A stretch of 51,308 nt of DNA, counting the filler, from Bipalium vagum (taxonomy: Eukaryota): the NCBI GenBank assembly GCA_037834085.1. It is 3 parts of 3 records of this genome, joined end to end, with 100 filler letters (N's around TTAATTAATTAA, not from the genome) between each part and the next. Parts side by side here need not be neighbours in the genome. Positions count along the whole stretch, not along the records: positions 32,537 to 51,308 come from JBBMKC010020013.1; 2 more parts are not named here. One strand, given 5' to 3'. The translations under genes and the position numbers were made by a program. Below the pieces are notes generated by a model. The model was given only the letters and a program-made list of their open reading frames with translations. It did not search any database and had not been told where the DNA came from. Of the stretch, positions 35,169-47,100 are shown piece by piece (position 1 is the first letter of the stretch; each line of letters opens with the position of its first letter).

Positions 35169-38100
35169 CTGAAAACTAAGGCAAATAAAATATCTTCGCA
35201 GTGAAAACTTAAAATTGTTCGAAACAAGGATAATGTAACTACGCCCAGCTAAATTTGAAAATAATCAATGTTAAGAGAAATGAAAAACCTTTAATAATAA
35301 TATTAACAGAAGAATTCGCACTACTCATATAACTTAGATATTAACAATCAGAGAAGCGATAATCATTAAAAAAAAACTTTGCAAAGGATTTTTAAGTGAA
35401 AAGCTGTGAAAATGTGATGAATACCAAAAATTTCTTTCTCTACCAAATACAAAGCACTACAACATAAACCATATAAGAATTATCTTACTGTGTACATTCC
35501 TTCGACTGTGTCCTGTGAAAAGTTTTCAAATATGTAATAATAATAATTGTAAAAAATTAACTTCGATACAAAAGTGTCTTAATAATTGTGCTATATATAA
35601 TAAATAAAATTTTATTGACTTTGAAGTAATATCTGAGAAAAGAAAGTATACTAGTAAAGAAAATAACTCCAAGTAATACTTCAGAAAGAAAAAGAATATT
35701 TGAGGTGCTAAGTAAAATCCATCAAACTTTTATCATCCCAGTTTTATTTTCAACTAAAAATTAATTTAATTATAAAAATGATGTTTTTAATGAATTCAGA
35801 ATTTTTTGAAATTGCAATAATCAGAACTTAATTTTTTGGATTAAGTAAATAAATATATTTAAATTACTTTAATTAATGTTTGAATTTAAATTAATTTTGT
35901 AAATCTTATTAAAAATTTTGATATAATAATATATAATTAAAAATAATTAGTATTAATAAGATAAATTAAGTAAAGATGTTAATGTTAGTGATTACCAGAT
36001 GACAATATTGAATAAATGGCAAAATTGAAACTAATGAATTTTTCAAGAAATATTTGTATGGCTTTTAAAATGATTTTCCTTAATTAACACTTTTATGATT
36101 CTGATTTTTAAATATATTTAAGCTTTGTGAATTTGTTAAAAATTTTCATTATTTTTAAATTTTAAGTTACTTATATGGTTTGTAGAGAATAATTGCTCAC
36201 CATAAATTTCTTGGTCAAACCTAACCAACTCTGAAAAACTTAAGAAAATGGAGCTTTAAAAATCAGAATCTGTTATGTTAAAAAATTGTAAAAATAACAA
36301 AACTGAGTATTTCTCTAACATGAATATGCACTAAATATATCAGGAAAATAAGTAACCTAACACTATTGATGAACAACTAATTTCAGTTGAGCATATTTTC
36401 CTCAATTATCACCACAATAATTTAAGATAAAATTAAGCGATAATGGAAACAGTTATAAAATATTAAAAATTTCTTTGGAATATTGTATGATTTAATTTTT
36501 AGCAATATTAAGCTTCAATTTGTTGAAAAAGAAATTCTTTTTAATTCAGTTGGTTGAAGAAAACAATATTACAATATTCTAGAGAAAGAAATAAAATCAA
36601 TAATTAAAAATACCTCTTAAAATAAATAAAAACATTAAAAATGAAATAGTGAGTTATAATAATGTTATAATAACTTTAATTCTGATCTTCATCGAACGGG
36701 TTCGATTAATTTTCTTTCACTAATGAAGACGAAAATACGTATCAGATACAGAAAAATAAATTTTTAGTGTTCTCAACAAAAACGCTCGAAATTAAAAATC
36801 CCGAAAAGATAAAGATAATTTTGAATTACAATGATGAGCAGTAAAAATAAAAAATAATTTTTCTTAAGAACATTAACACAACAAAAACCATAATATAATT
36901 AGGAAGCTCAACAAAAGACCTACACAGAACCAGCGAGCAGAGTCGACTTAACTGAGTGTTAAAACAGCATATTTTGGTACAACCGATTAGTAGATTTTCT
37001 TGCACAAATGTTCGAGGACTGCTTTAACATAATGGGCGGATACTAGATCCGGACAAAGCACATAACTGCCTACACAGCAGCGTTATAACGATTATAACTT
37101 TTCAATCTTTGACAAAGACATTCATCCAAATATATGTGTGCATTGATTGAAATCAAGATTTTATGATCAATAGACGACTCAAACCATTTGGATCACTAGC
37201 GATCCAAATCAATGCTCTCCACTGAAGGTGTACCTGAAATATCTTATGATATACACTTTTTCAACTTATTCAAGAATGGTTGAGAGTGAAAATAATTCAA
37301 TATCGAGAAAAAGCTCTTGTTTGGCGATTTCGACAAATTCCTTTTGAGTTCCTTACGACTTAGAATATATCGAATCATGCTTTGCGAACATTTGAATTTT
37401 TGGGTAGCTTTTAAATATTAAATTTCACTTTTGTGGTCTAATGCACTAATTAAACTTTGTTCTTGAAAATTTCTGCTATTCAACCTGAACTAGTTTGACG
37501 ATCTGCACTTATTCCAATCTCAAGCTTTGGCAAATATCATATAATTTTCTGCTTTGAAACTCCTTCATTCAAAAATGAGTAAAAAGAAACTTTCTCACAA
37601 GTTGATAGTTTTCCCAATAGACTTTGGGTACACTATTTCGAAAAGTTTCTTCTTTAGAACGTATTTTTGTTAATTGTATAATTAGAAAATCATACTTATA
37701 ATAAAGTTGCTTAAGCGGTGAAAATTAAATTTTATGCGAATTTTTACAGTTCATTCGTTAATCAGAAATACATCAATTTTTATGATATGAAGTTTTAAAT
37801 ATTGATTTTTTTTATTTAATATCTAGTGAAAAATAAAAACAAATATTACTTTTATATTGATTTTATCAAAATGTTTTGTAAACATTCACTTTTTACATTT
37901 TAAAATCAATTTACGTGACGTTTTCTAAATATGAAAAAAACAGCGGTATAGTGATCTATTTTCCATAAATAATAGAGAAATTTTCATTATGGAATTTATT
38001 GATTCAATTTTTAGTATTGGTTTCACTGTTTAAATGAATTTATGAAATCAATAAATTAATGCAGACGAAAATTAAAAACTGACCAATTTTCCGTTGGAAA

Positions 38101-41100
38101 ATAAGACGTTTTCTATAGAAATCAATAAATTTTAAAATTGTAATTTAAAGTAAATTAATTCATTCAAACAAGTATTATTGTATTTTATTATAATTAAGTT
38201 GAGAACAAAGAGGTTTTCATATTTTATTAATTATTTGTAAAAAGAAAAAAACTATAATTAATAATAAAATTTCATTACATCTATTGGATAACTAATAATT
38301 TTAATTTCATATTCATGTCTGATAAATTGTATTCTTCTATTCTTAATCATTAAAAATATTCAACAAATTTTTAATCAAAATCAGGATTTGAGAGAATTTT
38401 AGTCAATTTAACCATTCATGTCCAGCGATGAAGCCTAAAATGTTGAATATAAACGAAAGGTTTTCAGATTTAGGTTTTATGATTCCCAGACCAGGGAGTC
38501 TGTTTGAATATCTTACAATAATAATATTTAACGTAACAATAAGTTAGATTTTTTATGTAATTTATTATCAGTTCTAAGACATTGAAGGGGGTCATATTAG
38601 GGGAAATTTTAAATACATGGATATACCCTAGAGTTTTTCGTGGAAAATCAAGGTAATATTTTAAAATAATATTTAAAACATTTTGTGAATAAAAATGTAA
38701 ATTGCGTTTCTTTAAAATCCATTTCTATAGATTGTTATGAAATTACTATCGAAAATAATTTTAGTACTATAAAGATAATTTTCGTTACAAACATGGGTCG
38801 ATTCAAAGAATACTGATTATTGAAGGCGAAAGTTATTCAGAGCACTTGTTACATTGAAAGCTTATTACTAAGAGAAGTTGTTACTAAGAACAATCGTTAC
38901 CAAGATGTTTGACAGTAGTATTAAAAATCATTAAAATACAAACCATTGTGATGGAATTTAAACGATTAACTAACGAATCGAAGACAATATAATTTTCTTT
39001 TCTTTCCGTCAAAATGAATTGTAAAAACAATTTAATCAATAAAGGCTGATGCAAATGACGCATGTACAATTCCAAATATGCAGTGGAGCTGATAGTTTCT
39101 TCGAGAGAATTCTGACATTTTTAAAAAATTAAAATCTGTAAACGTTTTTTTAAAAAGGTAACTTGGTGTAACGATGGACCAATTACAGGTGATAAAAATC
39201 CTGTATAAAGAAAATTGATGATATCGATTTTGATCTTTGGATGTCCCATCTTAAAGTTAAATGAAACCATAAATAGAATTAATTTCCATAAATCAATAAA
39301 AATAATTATAAATAATTATGAACAAAAATTTTGATTATATTTAAATAAATATCAGAATAATGATTTAGAGTGAAATGAAGTTTTCAAAACCACATTATAG
39401 AAATACCTTAATACAAATAAAATTTATCATTATCGAAACCATCTCAATCAGTTAAAAGTAACCATTTAAAATTGAGAAACATTCATTAAATCAATTTTAT
39501 TTTATATCGATTCAAATATTATTTATTTTTTAAAGGTACTAAAAATTTAAAAAAAATTCGTTGGAAGATAAAACTTAAGTTTAAAATTTTAAATAACTAG
39601 ATTTTTAATTAATTTATTTATTCAAAGAATTAAATAAAATTGTTATACATGAAAAATCAATAAATAATATTATAGTTCATGAGGAATTGTCACAATTATA
39701 AAAGTTGAAAATCATCCATTATTGTTTGATTAAAATATCTTCATGGTTATTACAACGGCCAAACATCCTCGACAGACTTGAAAATTTCATGAACTTGGAG
39801 TCAAAGAGAAAAATATAAAACATTATCGGCATGACTTAAGTCAAATTATTCAAAAAATTATTCAGTGGGAATCAGAAAAGATACACATTGACCAATAAGA
39901 AAGATTATCACCAAGATGATATTAAAAGTCTTTTTTGTATGATTGTAGATATTTTTTTATCGAATATTAGCCAGCAAAGGAGCATTCTTTAAACGTATGA
40001 ATTCGTTTTGTGTTAAATGCACCCCAAATCACTTATTTTCTAATTTAATTTCCTAGTTGTCAAACGATCAAATCATTATAAAAAAAATCAGGCGATTGTG
40101 TAGCTTTTTACTGTAAATTATTTTTATTAAAAATTAAAAAATCAATAATTATCAATAATAATATTGATTGTTTTTTAAACTTTAATTTTAAATATTTTAA
40201 TATTTTAAAGCGAACAAGTTTATTATAATAATAAGTTTATTAACATAAATATACATATTATACAGGATAATAATGCCGTATCTAATAAAGTATGTTTCCT
40301 AATACATTCTTTTTGGAAATGCAACACCATAAATATTCCTGAAGGTACCTATCAAACAAAGTGCACTTGTACCATGCATGTTGTGATATTTGGCTTTTTA
40401 ATTAGTCCAAGTACCTTCAATAGTGTTAGTGTGGATTGTTGGGTTCTTGGGATCTACGTGCAAAGAATGGTTGATGACATCGTGGTTTTGTAATTTATTG
40501 TACACAAGGCAGCCATCAGTTATAATTCTTGTGCCAGGAAGAACATGCTCCATAATGATTGGCAACATGGTCTGAGCAGATCGGTTTGGAATTTCTACCA
40601 TCGCACAATTTCCAGTACCTCTCTCCACCATTCCCCAAACCCTTCGTGATATTGTCCTCTATGATATTTACGATGCATGATTTTGCTTTTATCGATTTCT
40701 ACGGTGACACCGGGTCCTCCAAGTTGCATGAGGTGGTCAATAAGACACTGAGCACATATTTCACGCACAAAAATTATTCCAATCAACCATTGTATGACTT
40801 TGCCCAACATTACATTCATTGCATTGGATTGCTTGAGGATTGCTTGCTCAACGGACCAAAAGTAAATGATATCTATTATTTGGCTAATTTCTAGCTAACT
40901 TCCCTCAAAAAATGAATTGCAACGGATATGTTTTGTGCATTTACATCCTTTGCAACACCAACAGTAATGGTCAAAAAATCTTTGTCCTGTGCGAGATTGA
41001 AATGTCATTGATAAATTGCATTCTTTACATTGCATGGAATTAGCCAGCAATCCATATGAAGCACAACATTTAATTGTGGATATATTGTCTGAGGTTGACA

Positions 41101-44100
41101 CCAAAAGATCACGATGATTCATAATGAGATCACATAAAGTTAGGGTGGGATGAACAACTTCTACAATTTTTTCAGGTCCCTTTGGTCTACCAGCAATTTT
41201 TAAGGTTTATATTGCTAAAATTATTTTTTAAAAATATAAAATTACTTTTGATAAAAAAATTGATAATAAAATAATTCATAAAATTTTTAATAAAATCAAT
41301 AAAAATCAATATTTAATATTTTTTAATAATAATAATTTACAGTATAAAGCTACACAATCTCCAAAAATCTATTTTTTCAGAACCTGTATTTAAAAACCTT
41401 ATTTTGACTTCAGTTTCTTTCGATATTAATCAAATATAATTAGGAGAAAATTGATTTTTTAAATTTCATTTTCTTTAATAATCAATTATGAATATTTTAA
41501 AATTTTATGATTTATTTTAATAAGACACTATAAATAACAATTTTAAACCAATGATAAATAATACTTTAAAAATTGTACAGTAATATGATATCTTTATTAA
41601 GATTTACCAATAAAATTAATTAAGGCTGAAATCTTCTGAAAATAAATATAGTTAAATAAAAAACATAAAATGGGGTACAAAAATACATGTGAAAAACAAA
41701 AGAATTAATTTATACTTAAGCTAATATTAAAAGAATTCCAATTTATTGATTAGACATTTGGATTTTTGATGACTATTAATCGTGAAAATCTCTCATTCCA
41801 CGAAAATTAAAACTGTTTATTAGGGTAAGTGAACGGTTTCATGATTGTGCTAATAAATATCTCTAATATAAGATAATCAATACACAGTAGAGGCGAAATT
41901 AATAGGTATACCATGCTTAAATTTGTGTTTATTATTTCTTTATTAGGTATTTCAATATTTATTAATTTAATTCTCATCAAAAGTCTTAGGTGATATTTAT
42001 TAAAGAAAACATAATGAGTTCATATTTATATTTTTTTAAGTACATTAATTAAAAGTAATTAATTTTAGAATAATTAACTAATTAATGAAATATATATTTC
42101 GTGTTTTAATTTATCATTATAATTAATTTAAAAATTTACAATTAACGCCAGTCATGAAACATCCCAATTTCAGAGAGGCCGTTATTAGAAGTGGTAACAT
42201 CCTGGGTAGGCGAGTGTCTTCAACATATGACTACTCACCAGTAACCCTACTACAACTTCATCAACCTCTCAGTGAACAATGGAATGAACTCAGTTCGTGT
42301 TTAATTGAATCGATACCGAAAAAGATCAATGAATGCCCATCCAAAAAGGAAGTCACATGTTATTAGCAATGCTTGTAAAAATTCTTGTGAAAATATTGAT
42401 TGTGGATTAATAAATTTTACCTGCCTAAGACTTTTGACGATGAGTATATTTGTGGTTTAGTTTAAGTAATTATATTTTTAAAAATCTATAACTGAAATAA
42501 AATTTTAAATTTTATAGCTAGTAATCTTTAATTTCTTTGAAAATGGATACTGTGAGGATTAAAAAGTTTTAAATAATTTTAATTTGTTTAAATATTTTAT
42601 TATTTAAACTAATTAATTATTTTTTTTTTGATTAATTGTTTTATTAAAATAAATAATTTGAAAATGAGTCTTGATAACTTGTCAATCAATATAAATGTAA
42701 CTAACAGATACAACTATAGAAAAAAGTGCTGAAGTGAAAACTTTGTTTGATGCTGGCTTATCACAGAGGGATAATCAACGCCAGTAAAAAATGCCTCTAT
42801 CAACCATAAATCGCTTGGTAATAATTCACAAGTAAACTGGATCAATAAAAGCTGGACGAATTTGGAAATACGGAAGAAAAAAAAAGGCTTTCCAGACCAG
42901 ATATTAGAAAAGTAATTCGCGATAGCAAAGCAAATAATCAGTGGACAGTTAAAGAACCTATAGCTTATAATCTAGAGTTGCCCATCATTTCTAGAAGGTG
43001 CATGAATGACGTATTAATTACAGAAGGTCACACATGCATCAAAGCCTCTCATAAACAATTTTTGTACTTAATCACATTTTGCAGCGCCAGAAGTGGCAAC
43101 AACAATTTAAAGATTGAGCGGAACTAAATTGGCGTAGTCATTTTCTGATAAAACTTGCATTGTAGTGAGTCTTGGAAACAAAAGGAGTCTCATCAGAAAA
43201 GCAACATATGAATGTAATAAAAGCATTCAAATTTCATTTGAAAGTTATGTTTTGGTCTTGCAAGTCGTGATATGGTCCTGGGTGCATATATGTACATACA
43301 TCTTATTAACATTTTTACACATTTATCTGTTTGTTGTATGTAAATAATGTTGATTGTACTTGTAAATGTAATAAGATGGTACGAAAATTATGGTGTCCCG
43401 GTTAATTTCCGCCTTTATTGTATATTGATTTATTGTGTTTTCATGTGAAATGCGCGATCCAGGGATCAATTCATAGGGAGCATACCCCATGTGTTCAGCT
43501 TCTTCTTTACCTTTCCAAACTTTTCAACATGACGAATTATGGTGAATTTCTGGTATAGACACATTAATAAATTGATGAATGATGTACTATTCCGACTGTT
43601 AACGAATCGTCCCCAATTGTGATTAGCAGTTTTTTAAAAGATAAAATGACTGTAAGAGAAAATTTTCAAAATCGTCTCCTTATTGTGTGCCTACACAAAA
43701 TATTCCACCTAAATATCTTAATGATTTTTCGGACTGTTACCAGTTGATTTTAAAAAGGACGAGAAAGAAAAACTGACACCGATCTTGCAGTCTCATAGAA
43801 GTCCTTTTGGAGAAGAAAGCAAGGTAAGCTTGAAATTAGATGAAGAAATTGTATAAGAAATCAATAATTGATTACCATAATTTCAAAATAAGCAAAGAAA
43901 TATTTTTTAACAATGATATCAATTGACAAGTTGGTAATTAGTCGAAAGTTTTTGAGAAAAACACCTGATTAAACCGCATCATATAGTATCTTTTGAAGAA
44001 AATATGTCACCTTTAAGCCTAAATTGCAGAAATCAAGTAATTCCAGACTGTGTTTCAGTTCCGGGACAGAATTAATAAAAGTATTTGTTATTTGCTGCCA

Positions 44101-47100
44101 ATCATCAGAGAGATTCTCCAATTTTCTGGGAAATGACGAGTACAATCCACTCAGTCCGGTAACCAAAATCTAAAATTACTTTTTATTTTTATTATTATTA
44201 TTATTAATTAAAGTTTTTTTAAAGTGACTTTTCAAATGCTGATATGAAAGAAAAATAGTATAAAATGAGAAAAAAAACTAGTTGATCAATGGGTTTTAAG
44301 CAATTTGTATTAAGTACAATAGATAAGCTTTGTATCTAATATTATATGATATGATTCAAGAGAGGATAGAAATGAAAACCAAGAAAATTAATGGAAAAAA
44401 ACTTCAAATGATAACTGAAATATTTAATTACAATTTTCGATGAAAAATTAAATTTCAAAGAAATGTGAAAAATATTTGAATGTCTAAAAAATATTATTAT
44501 TAGTTGTAAATTCTCTTTTGTTTGAGACAAATTTTTTATAAAATATATTTTCTATATTTAAAAATAAGCTTACAGAAATTTGTATTAATTCTAAATATCA
44601 AGCACGTTTTTTTAGTTTTAAAAATTAATTTTTAAAATAAATATCCATTTCTTGAATTAATATTAAGTGTTTTAACCAATATATGTAAATGAAAATTTTC
44701 CAAACAATAAATTTGTTTTAATTTATATATTAAAAACTTTTAAAGAGGAAATGAACATTTCCACTATATCTAGCAATCATTATTACAATGTACTTGAGAT
44801 TGATTCTGAAGGTAGAAATCGAGTTCACAGTGCAGATGATCGAAACTCTAGGAAAGTCTTTCTTAAGTCATACATCAAAAGTAATAAAAGTAAAAAATTT
44901 TACTTAGATAAAGAAACAAACAAACTTATTCCAAAGGAATTTATTTTCCTTTACAGATTATCCGACTGTGACTATGTTCCAAAAATTATGGATTTCCATG
45001 AAAATCATAATTGGTTTACGATTGTTTTAGAATATTTTGGAGGTGATTGGATGGACTTGTTTTACTATAACCAGATAAATAAAGACGAAGAATGCAAAAA
45101 AACTATTTTGAAACAAGTCTTACTGTACATGTATGACATGGCTAAACGTGGCTTTTTCCACTTAGATATAAAACCAGAAAATATCATGGTCAATTCAGTG
45201 ACCGGTGCTATAAAAATTATTGATTTTGAAGACATGGTTTATAACAAATCAGCAGATCCTTCCTGTATCCAGTTTTGCACTGGAACTGTGGGTTTTAAAA
45301 GTCCAGAAGCATTTAGTAAAAATTCTGTCAAAATCCTGCCAGCCTTAGTATTTACTTTCGGTTGCTTATTATACTCGTGTTTGGAGTTCAAAAATGCTTT
45401 TGAAAATAAAGAAAAAACTATAAACTGTCTTCCTCCAATAATAAAAAACTCATCAAAAGCTGCTGAGTCTTTAATTTTGAAATGTACAAGACTCATTCCA
45501 GAAGAGCGAATTGATTTTTTTGAAATAATAAATGAAGACTATTTAAGTCAAGAAGGATAATATTTAAAATAAAATTTTATCTCCATATTTTTAATATTTT
45601 AATAATATTTAATTCTATCTTCAGTAAATGAATTATAGAAAAAATATTTTAAGAACTGTATAAAAATAAAATATAAATATTAAGAAATAACAGGTTTAAA
45701 TTTTAGTTCATAATTATTATAGCTTTTTTAAGAGAAGTTATTCGAAAAATATTTAGTTTTAAAATTATTAACTTTACTTATCTAAATATTATTCATAAAA
45801 AGGTAAAATCAATTGAAAATTAAACATTATCCATACCTTTCAGGTTATATAAACTCGAAACATTAAAAAATGAAATGTTAAAAATAATATTCTTAAATTT
45901 TTATTTTAAGCTATATATATAATTAAAAATTTTAACATTAAAATCAAAATTAGATTAATTTAATAAACACTTATCAAGTTAAGATTTCATTTTATAAGAT
46001 GTAAAATACTGTGTATAATACCAAAATTAAAATAAATTAAAATAATAGGTGTCTAAATCGATTATTTTTAAAAAATTGAAAATGCATTGAGGGCAATTCA
46101 ACCTTTATGAAAATTATCAGTCACAAAATTAAATAATAAATAACATTTCTGGCCAAAAATTTCTAAAGAGCAATTTTTACAAAAATAAGATGTCTACAGG
46201 AATAAGAAATAATATTGAACAATATCATCAATTTTTTTCAAAATAAACAGTGGATCATCAAAATCACTTGAATCAGTGATAGGTACAATATCATATTCAA
46301 TGTATCTAGAGAAATTATGGAAAGATTTGAAATCAGGAATCTTTTAACAGCAAGGACATGAGACATTTTAATTAATCAAATTAATCTTTTATCAAAATAT
46401 GTCATATTTTTCTAAAACGGTCATACAACGTGTCGAATTGTTGTCAGTAAATTTTGACCATAATGTTTTGATGAATATCCAACATTTAATGTAAAATATT
46501 TCGTAAATATTTCTGGATATTCGTAAAACATGCAATGTCTGATACGCAATTCGTCAAATGACGTGGAATCTTAATTATTATATTATGCCTAAAGGCATAA
46601 ATTTGATAAAAATAATACCTAGATGTGAACTTCAAATACTAAATATACAAATTTGGAAATTTATTTTAATGTCAAAAATTATTAAAATCAGTATATATTC
46701 TTCTGTAAAAACTTGTTCCAATTATTTATTATTATTATGAAATTACAAAGTTCCTCAAACCAACTAATTAACATATTCGCCATAATTTAATAATAATTAT
46801 AACAATAATTCAACCTACGGCAGAGAAATCTGATCTATAACAGATGTAGTCAACTAAATCTGAATCTTCGTCTTTCGTGAAATTGAAAATAAGCAATATT
46901 GCTTCTTGTGATAACCGACCGATGTCTTTGTCACGATGAATCAATTGGATGATAAGACCAATGAAATAAAAAGGCTCACGAAAATTTCTCGCAGAAATCT
47001 GAATATCAATAATGCACTTTTACAATTATTAAATTATTAATAGATAAAATCCATAATTACATTATATGAAAAACGAATAATAAATATTTTATCCCGTAAG

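Noticed and set aside
38840-38943. Possible stop-codon readthrough of FHIP1 (VCILMIFNT...ND..**QLLL...CN loosely resembles the expected next segment)
   Set aside because: A much better matching true exon (LGVVTLSLFRTILSFHCEDILFALVF) with canonical splice sites exists at 35248-35169, so no alternative genetic code is needed.
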